A DNA stretch of 64,000 nt from Octopus bimaculoides (taxonomy: Eukaryota). Below the pieces are notes generated by a model. The model was not told where the DNA came from. It ran no database searches and saw nothing but the letters and a program-made list of their open reading frames with translations. The position numbers and the translations under genes were made by a program. The stretch is from the NCBI RefSeq assembly GCF_001194135.2, contig NC_068982.1, positions 38,568,613-38,632,612 on the forward strand. The letters are read 5' to 3'. Of the stretch, positions 25,053-36,510 are shown piece by piece (positions within the stretch are counted from its first letter, which is position 1; each line of letters starts with the position of its first letter).

Positions 25053-25369
25053 GTGGAGGCACATGACCTAGTGGTTAGAGCATCGGACTCGCAGTCGAGG
25101 GATTGCAGGTTCGAATCTCAGACCAGGCGATGTGTGTGTTGATGAGCAAAACACCTAAATTCTACATGGCTCCAGCAGAAGGTAATGGTGAACTTCTGCT
25201 GGCTCTTTCACCACAACTTACTCTCACTCTTTCCTTCTGCATCTAGCAGCTCACCTGCGATGGACTGGCGTCCCATCCAGGTGGGGAACCTATACGCCAA
25301 TGAAACCAGAAACCGGCCCTTATGAGCCAGGCATGGCTTGAGAAGGAACAAACAACAACAACAACAACA
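25053..25369 (+). mobile_element. Full-length tRNA-derived SINE with a 12-bp TSD; head shared with family A, different 3' half
   Basis: TSD acatttaatgtt at 25041-25052 and 25370-25381; (AAC)n tail; B-box GGTTCGAATC. Confidence 0.92.
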
Positions 25370-28300
25370 ACATTTAATGTTCTATAACCCATTATGTATG
25401 ATTGTGCTACTTCACCACCAGATTACTTTACTCCATGTAATGTGCTAAGAGCAAGTCAGCCTGATAAAATTAATATCTTTCCTGACCATAGCTAAAAATT
25501 ACAGGCACAAGGTTTAAAAGAAAGAAATGCATTTTCTTGTCTAAAATCAAACTTCTGTTGAAAACTTGGTTCATTGAGAACTTATTATAGCCCTTCTAGT
25601 AATTGCATATGACAACTACTGTAACCACATTTTTTTTATATCAGCACTTCTCTTGCCGGCTAACATTGAAATATGCTCAAAAATAGCCTTCTACTTTTCC
25701 TTTCTTGATTCACTGCTATAGTAAAATATATTTTGCCAATTACATAACATATCATATGAGGTCAAAATCAATAAGAGCATCAATTTCCTCTACTTCTTTA
25801 AATTAAAGATACAGTAGTATTACTGGCATCTATGTAGCCTTAATAAGATCAATCACCTGTTATTTTAAGAATATCAATGAAATAAGGCTCACTCTTTAAT
25901 TTTTAGCTTTTGTCCTGTGTATTTTGTGCATTTTACATTCAAAGCACTTGATATGTTGAGACAATCTATTGTATTTATTTTCTGGAGAAAAGAAAATGAA
26001 TGGTAGTCAGAAAGCATTATACATTATTTATTTCTCTGTCTTTAATGATACAAAAAATTGATTTTACATGTAAGGTGTTAATAAAATATAGTAAATCAAT
26101 TGACTAACATTTAAACTAATCTAGGTAAATCACTTTATTAGTGTGACAGCAACTTAATGACATTTTCATTTTCAAAGCATGATATATTCCCTCGTGTGTA
26201 AGTACACATTTATTTGTACTCCTGACTATAATCCAACACTGAGAAAGCTTGATGAAAACAGATGCTCACTAACAACTAACACAGGTAGCTAGAGAGTCAT
26301 GATCAATTCTTCTTATTAACATAAATGGTTCTTTCATGTAAATCCTCAGCATAATTAATCTTGCAAATTTTTAGTCACGTTTTAATTTATCACATGAAAA
26401 TTTCTTATAGTACTTAAGAAAATCCAGACCTGGGAGAAGCTAGATGTATCTATAGTGACCGTAACCTCAAAGACTGAGATGTACAAATTGTTGTCAAGAT
26501 TAAAGTACTTAGATACTTATTTCCTGAGTTGCATAAATCTTCATGAATAATTCATATTTTCTCTCTGATAAAATACTACTGCTCTCTGCTCTCCTTCCTC
26601 CCTATCTCTTTCTAAACACATCTACAAATATATGTACATGAGAGCATATTTGTGTCACCATGCACTTACGTCTTTAATCAGTAATTTTTTTGAAATAATT
26701 TTTAACATCTATTGTCCCAAATTGCAGTTAGATCAACAATATAATATATTTCCAATAACATTAATTCTGAGATGTCATATCTGTTAAGCTTAACAATTTC
26801 AAATTTTACCTCACTTGTTTCTGTGATATCATGTTAAGCTTAACATTTACAGATTTTACCTCACTATTTCTTCTTGGAAGCAATCAATCAAGAAAACAAG
26901 GAAACTATGTTTCCATTGATTATCAGATTGTTGAAACTGTCTGTCAGTTGCAACTCCTAACAGAAGAGTCACCATTTTTTTTTTTTTTTTAATTTTCAAT
27001 TACAGATCAGTATTTAAACTCAGAATACTTAGAAATGGAACACATACTGCAAGTTATCTTGTTTGATACTGTCACAATTTTGCCAATCAATCACTATTGA
27101 CTGATGGATTGATACTCCTTTTATAGATCACAAAAGTATGAAAAGCAATGTTGACCTTGGTGAGATTTGAACTGACATTGTGGAGAGTTAAAGCAAATAC
27201 CATGAGGCATTCTGTCTAAAACATTAATAACTACTAATCTACAACCTATGTCTTCTTTAATCTGTTTTGCCATAATTATCTATCATTGTTAAATCTTTGT
27301 ACTTTTCCATATCTGTGCAGTTGCCTCTCTTACACACATTGGTTTGTCATGTTGTTATATGCCCATCTGTGCCAGTGCTCTACTCAACACTCCAACACAC
27401 TAATCGACATATACCCATTAGTCCAAAATATTAGATATATACACACATGTATATATGTGTGTGTGTGTGTGTATGTGTCTCCTTGTGTTGATATCACATG
27501 ATTGTTGTAAATAAGTGTCTCTGTCATACAGGCTGCATCTTCATTCTCAATACTCTGTAAAGAATGTCTCTCCACAGGGAAATGTTACCCTATTTGGAAA
27601 CAGGTGAAGGTTGGTGACAGGAAGGGAATCCAGTTGTAGAAAAATCTGTTTCAATAAACTTTGTCATAGAAATATGGAAAACTGGATGATAAAAATGAAG
27701 ATGATGGTGAACTATGATGCAAAAATTATAAGTTCTGTACAGTTCTCACTTTTTGCAGCCTTAAACAAGATATTCCTATTTGCATGGTATCTAATTCTTA
27801 TAACACTTCATGATATTTGTTTTCTGCTTCAGAATAGTAAATTGAATGTTTTCATTGAACCAAATAAATGTTTTACTGCTGTTGGTCAATTAAACATTCA
27901 CGTGCTGTTGTGAATTTATTGAATATTTATTCTCTACAACTTTCAGTCAAGAAAAGTCTATCCAGTTGGACTGAACTTCCACCTGTTATCTCTAGTTAAG
28001 GGTTAATGAGGAGGTCTTTGCAAAACTATAGTTATTTATTTTTTTCATTTCTGGGTATAAAATAAATGCACACTTTCCTTCTGCTTTATAATATATGTAT
28101 AACTATCTGTCTGTATTGATCTTGTAGTTCTATTTCCTTGTATCTGTTTAAGATAGAACCTGCCAGTGTGTCTCTCATGTTATGGGTTCCTGTAAGTTAG
28201 TGGTTCAACAAAAGAGACCGATAGAATAAGTACCAGGCTAAAAAAAAAATAAGTACTGGGTTTGATTAGTTTGACTAAAATTATTTAAAGTGGTGATCCA

Positions 28301-29600
28301 ACATTGCTGCTGTCTAATGATTGAAACAAAAGACAAAAAAGATACATATATAGCCTTTTGCTAATCTTTTCACACATCTATTTCAGTACTATAAGAGCTG
28401 TTACCAGTACTGGTATTTAGAAAGTTGTGAAGAACACGAACTTGTTGAAATAAAATAAATTAGTCAGTGCTAGGGGTTGGAATAATAGCAAAAAACTTTA
28501 GTTGGAGGAAAAAGTTTGGAAAATTGTTAATTTTATTGATAGTCTGATGTCCTCTTTTCACACTGGTTTCAGAGACATGTGTTGTAATGTGAGGGGTATA
28601 ACCGAAATACCTTTTGAAAAGAAATGCAGAATAGGAATAAATTAAATGTAACCAATTCAATATGTTTCTTCCAATGTCTGCCAAAGAACTCTTTTTTTTA
28701 TTTGTGTGTGTCTCTCTCTGTTCTTATTCAATCATCACAAAGTTGAGTACAGTTTTACAACAGATCTACATTTATAACTTAACCACTCTAATTGGGCTTG
28801 CTAATGGCTTAATATTTGAAATGATTTGTTTTAGTTATGCAAATATTTAACTGAACCAGGAGACAGATATATACTATTCAATTTCTTGTAGCTGATTATT
28901 TAAGAACTGATATAATTGTTAGTCTGGCTCTTCTTTTTCAATAGTTGTCAGTTAAAATGAACCTAGTGAGTATTTGTTTAGTACTGATATATGATAGACA
29001 AGGCCTTTCATTCTTCCTAAACATAAAAATTTTGCACCAGTCTTTCCTGACGTTCATGAGACAAATAACAAATCTATTTAAATCAAATCACTTCAGCTCT
29101 CTCCCATTAACTGATTGGAAATACATGACTCATAAAATTAAGACACTTCTTAATTCAGAGATCATAGAAGAATCTTGTTCACCTTGGTGATTTCAAGGCA
29201 TTGTGAGGCATGTATAGTTATTGATTATTCAACTACTATGAGTATGTTCTTGATATTTATCCATCACCTGATATTAAAACTATCCTTAAACCAGACTATT
29301 GAAGATGTTTTCTTCACAATAATCAATCATATTGGCATTTCACCAAATACTATTTTGTTTAATAACATAAGGTCTTTTAAGTGTGACTGACATTGTTTCC
29401 ATACTTCAAAGAATCTAGATAGTATTATATAACAACATACACTTGCAAAAATATTTGATAATATGGTTGTGTGTATGTATGTATGCATGCATATATGTAT
29501 GTGTGCATGTGTGTGTATCTTTGTGTGTGTGTGTGTGAATATATGTGTTTAAGTGTATGCATGTATGCATGCATGCAGGCATGCATACATATATGTATGT

Positions 29601-30394
29601 TATTATTTAGTTTTATTTCCTAGATTTTTTGCCAATGGTGAAGAAGCTGGTTTTTAACCTAGATCTAAGGCCCCTTCATTAGAATTTCAACAATATCAGC
29701 AGGGTAGTTGTGCATGAATGTTTTTATATGTGCAAGTATTTGGCTTCAGTGCATGAGCAGATCTTGATGTTTTGCTTCACGTATGTGTGCTCATAGTTGC
29801 ATGTCTAGACATATGCATATTTACTTATACGCTAAACTTTTAGCAAGTTTTATATACTTGGACAGTTCTATTGAATGCTTATATTTTTGTATCTTCTAAC
29901 TAGCTTTCTCATAATCTTCTAATTAGACAGTTTACCAGTGCTTTATCATATTATGACTAGTTATGGTCTCTACTTCACTGTAGGTTCTCATACCTTTGGT
30001 CAGGATTTTCCTTCTGATGGATTTTATCATAGAGTGTTTTGGCCACATCATGTCTCATTGGTAGTTAATACCATGATAACATTTTTGGACAACAGTTTAT
30101 GCTGTGAGTGATATTTTTGTTGTTTACTCCACAAAGTCCGCATCAGTTTTCACATTTTGGTGTTTTTCCTGTGTCTCTGTCCCTATTGTGCATCAGGAAT
30201 ATGAAAAATATTTCCTGTTCCTGGATTATAAATGCATGCCCATCAGAGTGAAAGTTAGTCATCTGGTTTATTGTCCAAGATAGACTGCATTGATTTATCA
30301 ATATTGCTGTCATCCTAGAGCTTTCTGCTAACATATCTACACTTGCATGCAAGCATGTATATTTTTGTAAATGTTCATTTGTTGAGTCATTCAT
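29601..30394 (-). pseudogene. Decayed RLE-clade non-LTR retrotransposon 3' end (R4/Dong/NeSL-like)
   Basis: DGHAFIIQEQEI...RDRDTGK...CGLCGVNNKNITHSINCCPKM..LPMRHDVAKTLY gives a CCHC finger plus the RHD motif. It ends AAATAAAACTAAATAATA. Related tail fragments at about 30420-30500 and 48270-48345. Confidence 0.7.
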
Positions 30395-31034
30395 TCTTTC
30401 TTTCTCTTCTATTTTTAACTATTTGAAATATTTCTATAAGGAGGGTGCTGGTTTCTAGCAAATATACAAGGCTCCATCATTAGAATGTTGACAACAAAAA
30501 CAATTACTCATTTTGAGCTTGAGAAAAGTTTTGCATATTTTTACTGTTCTGCTCACAGACTGTATTTGTAACATGCATGTTAATTGGTTGATTCCTTTTT
30601 GCTGAAAACCCCAGCTAATCCAGATTGTCACTCATGCAATTACTTATAAAACTAATGTATGTATGTATGTATGTATGTATGTATGTACGTATGTACATAC
30701 ATACATACATACTTCCTCAGTGTAAGATTTATAATAATTTTAAAAAATAGAGTGAACGAACAAATATACGTACATACGTATGTTTGTTTGTTCGTTCATT
30801 AATTATTATAAACTTTCCACCGAGGAGTGATCATCAAGAAGAGAGATCAAGAAGAGAGATCATCAAGAAGAGAGTGCTTCTTAAGGAGCTCACTGCCAAC
30901 TCGTACAATGTTGCTCACTTCACTTTTGAGCTCTGCATATTTTATTTATTTTTGCTGCTGTTGTTTAGCAGGTGCTGCCTGAGTGATACCATTTGTTTGT
31001 TTGTTTGTATGTATGTATGTATGTATGTATGTAT

Positions 31035-31372
31035 GTGAAGGCACATGGCTCAGTAGTTAGGGCATCGAGCTTACGATCATGAGGTTGTGAGTTCGAATCC
31101 TGGACTGGGCTGTGTGTTGTGTTCTTGAGCAAGACACTTTATTTCATGTTGCTCCAGTTCACTCAGCTGTAGAAATGAGTTGCGACGTCACAGGTGCCAA
31201 GCTGTATCAGCCTTTGCCTTTCCCTTGGATAACACAGGTGGCATGGAGAGGGGAGGCTGGTATGCATGGGTGACTGCTGGTCTCCCATAAACAACCTTAC
31301 CCGGATTTGTGCCTTGGAGTGTAACTTTCTAGGTGAAATCCCATGGTCAGTCATGACCGAAGGGAGTCTCAG
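31035..31372 (+). mobile_element. SINE family C inserted in a (TATG)n tract
   Basis: Head GAAGGCACATGGCTCAGTAGTTAGGGC...GTTCGAATCC; TATG repeats on both sides. Confidence 0.9.
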
Positions 31373-34300
31373 CATGTATGTATGTATGTATGTATGTATG
31401 CATACATGTATGCATGCATGCATGCAGCGCACGCACACATGAACATGTATGTGTGTGTGTATGTATGTACATATGCATGTATGTGTATCTGTGTATGTAT
31501 GTGGATAGATGGTGGGTGTGTGCACATGCATGTATCTATGCATGTTTGTCTGTCAATCTGTTCATATGTATATTAGTGTTGAAACAGAAAAATCTGGTAC
31601 AAATTCTCAACAACTTACAAACGAAGCAGAGAATTTTATGAAATCATATTAAATAATGGTAGTGTTCTTTACAATAGAACTTCAAAACTTTAACGTCTTT
31701 TTTGTAACTAAACCTTAACTTCATTAACTCTAAGTTTCCTTCCCTATAATGTGGTAGACTTCTCTTAGTTTACCACCTAGTCTTAGAGTGCCTTTAGCAA
31801 TGTCAACTAAATACCAAATTGATGTACTGTTTTTTGCTGCAGAACTCCATGAGTTGTGATTTCTTCCTCTCCTTCTCCCTAACAAGTGTTGAAAGCCTTG
31901 TGAAAAGTCATAGGAGCTACTCTTCCTCTATCACTAAAGTATAGAAAAAGAAAATACTAAATTTATCTGTAGTCATTCAAATTTAAATCAAACACTAATT
32001 GTTATTGAAAATGAATTACTTCCCTTGTCAACTGTAGCTGTAACACTTCCTAATATTTCAATAGATGTCTTTGTGTTGTAAAATATCTGTTTAAAATTCA
32101 GGTTTACTTTTTCTTGAAAGAAGTGTTTCCTGCCTAGCTACTGGGTCATAACTGTCTGATATGTCAATGAGTAGTCGTTGTTTTATTGTGAAATAACCAG
32201 TAGAAAAAGGTAAAAAAAATATTCAAGTTGATATACTGTGCAGAATTTTAACATTTTTAAACATGCAAAGATGCAACAAAATAAAATCCTGCTCATTCAA
32301 TATGATTTTGATTTTGTACCATTTTCCTGTCAAACAGGAAATTGATGATATCATAAGTATTTGAAATACATTTTTTAAACTGGTTTCAGTCATTGGAATC
32401 TAGCCATGCTGGAGCACCACCTTTAAGGGTTTTGATCAATTATATCAACTCCTATATTTCTAATAGTCTGGTACTTATTTTATAGTTTTTTATTTATCTA
32501 AAGATTAAACTGTTATTCATTTGGGGTTGGTTTTTTTGCATATTAGGCTGCATTGCTGGTTTGCACAATTAACATAAATGCAGATCTTTATGCTCAGATG
32601 CATACATGCATGCATGCATGCACACACACACATCAGGCTTCTGGCACAGTTTCCATCTACCAAATTCCACTCGTAAATTAGGTATTATTCAAAATAAAGT
32701 TATGATAGAAATTGGTTGCTGATGGTCCGACTCAGTGGGATTGAACCTAGAACAATGCGGTTGTGAAGCAAATTTCTTAACTGTATGGCCACACCCACAC
32801 TCCTCTCAAATGAAAACTTTATTTCCATAAACCATAAATTTTGACAGGAATTAAAGTAACCATCAAACACATCAAATGATCTGAAACTAAAATAATTGAA
32901 TCAAAACAGTTACTACGCACATATTGAAATTCACTCCCTCAATTACTGTAATTAACTAATTACAACAGATTTCAATTCTTAAATGTTCCTCATTACTTCT
33001 TTCTTAATTTCATCCAGCTTTCCAGCAACATCTCTTACAGAGAGCCACTTTATGAATGTATGTAATTACGATGTAAATAGAACAACCAAAAGAATTATAC
33101 ACTTGAGAAGCTACAACATTATTAACATTATTGTTATCATGACCATCAATGTCAATGACATTATCATTAATTTTACATAGAATATCATGTATCATCTGCA
33201 AATATATCCTTTAAATATGTTATTACTTCATTTTATAAATGCTGGTGTTATGTAGTAGGATGGGTTATGTTGTGAGTTATATATTTCAGTTGCTAGCGTT
33301 TGTAATGTAAATCACCTAATTCATTGTGTTTCAAGTGTTTGATTTACATGCTACATATACTGAAGTTATCTATTAATGAGTGCCTTTATTATAAATATTT
33401 ATCATCCTTGTGTCTGTTTTATGTGTATGAATAATGCATCACATGACGTATGAAAACCCTAACAATGACCATATCTTTTGTTCTCATGGCTATTTTTTTT
33501 TTTTTTATAATTTCATCAAGTTTATAAATTTATTTCTTTATATTTTAAGTTAAAAAGTGAGTCTCCTCCTCATATAGCTACAGACTATCTGAAATAAAAC
33601 CCAAATATGCTTTTGCATATAGATAGCATAATTCCTTTAATATATGGCATTCTTAACCACATTTAAAAGAAACTTATCACTAAAATAAATCAACTCTTCT
33701 GCACTAAAAATTGTCAGTTCTCACATATTGTATTATATTTGCTCTTCACTTCTCTTACAATTACTGAATCTGGCCTTAAGAACTGGCTTCTTGCTACTTA
33801 TACCATTTCTTGGCATCAAATATCTTGAGTATTACCACCTTAGGGAATTCCCTTCCGATCTATGTGTTCCTGCAATATTCTAACTTCAAACTCTTTGTTC
33901 TCTTTAGATATAAGAGTATCAAAAGGATTAGAAAATTAGTTTTCAGAGAAGTTAATATGTAGATTTTCCAAGAAACTGCTACACTGGCAAAAACTCAAAA
34001 TTGTTCCCTAGTAATTTTGCACGTTCTTTTGGCTAATGTCCACAAAATGTAAATGTTATTCGAAAGTAATTTCTGCCTTTGACATTTTGTCTGCAAAATG
34101 ATAACATATTTCATACAATACAGCTATAACAAATCTAAATAAAGAGTTTATTTTAATATAACAATTGTTTCTTCATTGTTGGTGTCACCACAAATGTTTC
34201 TATAACATTAAGCCCTGCACTAAGTTTATGCTTAGTCAGTCCATTTAGAAATAATTCTACATTTATATACTATAATATCTTATTCACAAAGAAATACACA

Positions 34301-34606
34301 TCCAAAAAGTGTGGTCATTCATAAAAGCATTTCATAGAATAGTTTTATGGTTTGCCAACATATTTGTAATAACTTTCCTAGTCTAAAAGTATGCCTGCCA
34401 AATTCTTTTGAGTAAAGTTTTTAATGAACACTTTTTTCTTTGTTTTCTTTATTTTTTCTGTTTTTCTGTATTAATTTTCATAATAGCCGCAGGCATGGTT
34501 GTGTTGTTAAGAACCATTTGATTACAGGTTCAGTGCTATCTTGTGGCACCTTGGGCAAGTGTCTTGTATAACCCTGGACCAACCAAAGCCTATATATGTA
34601 TCTATA

Positions 34607-34651
<45 letters not shown>

Positions 34652-34655
34652 ATGC

Positions 34656-34688
<33 letters not shown>

Positions 34689-35632
34689 TTTATATGTGCA
34701 TGTTTGTTTGTGTCTTTTTGTGTTTGTTGTAAACAAGCATCACCATGAAAACATGTCCAGCAATGAGAAAATATTATCTTCTTTGGAAGAAGGTAATGGC
34801 TGAGCTCAGGATGGGCATGTGACTGTAGAAAATCTACCACAACAAATTTCATTTGATTCATGCAAGCCTGGTAAAGTGCACAGTAAAACAACAATGATGA
34901 CGATGACAACGATGAGATATTTTATAATTTTTTCAAAGATTTTACTTGCTGAGATTGAGAAAATTTTATCAATATTCTTTTCAGTTTATTTGCTGCACAA
35001 CAATGTTTCTTATACACTCTGTATAATGTACACTCTCATGTGGAATGCACCTCACTCAACACTAGATCAAGTTTTACGAAATGTCATTTCCTTTACAAAG
35101 AACTTCCTGTCTCTAACTCAGTATCTAATGTTCTCTTTTATTACTGTCACATTCTTCAAGGACATGATTTCATATCTACTCAATTTTTCTAAAATGATTT
35201 TTTTATCTGAAGGAGAACAAGGTGTAACCATACCCATTCCAGGTCCTACCAGGTTGATGTGCTTCAAGTAGTTGACATTTAGCTTGAACTTCTATAAATT
35301 TATGTCTATATTGAAAACGTACTGGGACAGCTGGATTTTCTGAGCTTTGTAATTCTGGGAAGAAAGTATTCAGTATAGGATTTGTTAGATGAGACAGTAG
35401 ATGCATCAAGTAGGTTTCAGCAGGAGTGAAAATTAGTTTCTAGCTTAGGGAAGCATGAAATGTTCAGTAAGTTTTAGAAGAGAGAGAGAGATAGAATTCA
35501 GAGCATCTTGTGAGATTAACGAATGAGCTTTTTCTTTTTACATAATCTAACATGTTTCTATGTGCAGCAGCTGTAGTTGACGATAGAATTGTGAAAGTGT
35601 AGGACAAATTGTTTTATAATATTTGTTCTGGT

Positions 35633-35855
35633 TAAGGTGGCGAGCCGGCAGAAACATTAGTACGCCGGGCAAAATGCTTAACAGTATTTCATCTGTCTTT
35701 ACGTTCTGAGTTCAAATTCTGCCGAGGTCAACTTTGCCTTTCATCCTTTCGGGGTCAATAAATTAAGTACCAGTTGGGTACTGGGGTCGATCTAATCAAT
35801 TGGCCCCCTCCCCCAAAATTTTAGGCCTTGTACCTAGAGTAGAAAAGAATATTTA
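35633..35855 (+). mobile_element. SINE family E, best-preserved copy
   Basis: AAGGTGGCGAGCCGGCAGAAACATTAG...GAGTTCAAATTCTGCCGAGG...GGGGTCGATCTAATC...GGCCTTGTACC. Other copies at about 18745-18960, 39020-39240, 54070-54485 (two) and 63200-63390. Confidence 0.88.
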
Positions 35856-36371
35856 TTCTGGTTCTTCATGTTTTGCATTCAAATCCCACCAAGGTTGACT
35901 CTGCCTTTCTTCTCTCTGGGGATTAACAGGAAAAGTACCATTCAAGTACTGGGGTCAATTTAATCAATTACAAATCAGGAACTAGAGTCCCTGAGGCAGT
36001 CTAACATTGTCTTCAAGTATGTTCTGGGAATTCTGCAACAATTGGCCAAGCTATATTGGTTATTTCTCTTCCTTTGATCAACATCTGTTATACGCAGATA
36101 GGAGTCCCATTGCATGGGCGACTATATGTCTTCCATACAATTTTGCCTAAATCTGCACTCTGGAAAAGTCACTCCAGTGACATTTTGCCACTTTCTATTG
36201 AGACACACTGCAACAAGACTTTCCAGGTGCAGATCTTTCGTCTCACTAGACATATAGATATTAAAGATAGCAGTTGTACTGTATCATATCTATAAGCAGC
36301 ACACCAGAATGGACTGTAACTTGTAGAGGAACAGCAACAATATAGAAATGAAATACGTTTGGGCTTAGAAG

Positions 36372-36510
36372 CACTAGCATAGCTAGGATGGGGTGGTTCG
36401 CCCCAGGCAGTACTGTAGGCTATTGTTGTAGGCAATATGTGTTTTTTGTGGAGTCTGAGGGCGGCAAACGGAAGGGCCACCCCAGGCAGCACACACTAGC
36501 TACACTAGTG
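36372..36510. mobile_element. 139-bp hAT-type MITE
   Basis: 15-bp imperfect TIR (cactagcatagctag / ctagctacactagtg) flanked by a perfect 8-bp TSD cttagaag at 36364-36371 and 36511-36518. Confidence 0.88.

Noticed and set aside
6810-31372. tRNA-like sequences at SINE heads (e.g. 7060-7135, 12210-12286, 25053-25125, 31035-31110)
   Set aside because: They continue into SINE bodies and lack a closed acceptor stem, so they are not tRNA genes.
35203-35443. Open minus-strand frame KLIFTPAETYLMHLLSHLTNPILNTFFPEL... with possible splice sites
   Set aside because: It resembles a decayed LINE RT segment (THLIN..I.TG.FP.EL pattern), and an unrelated ORF overlaps on the other strand. No support as a host exon.
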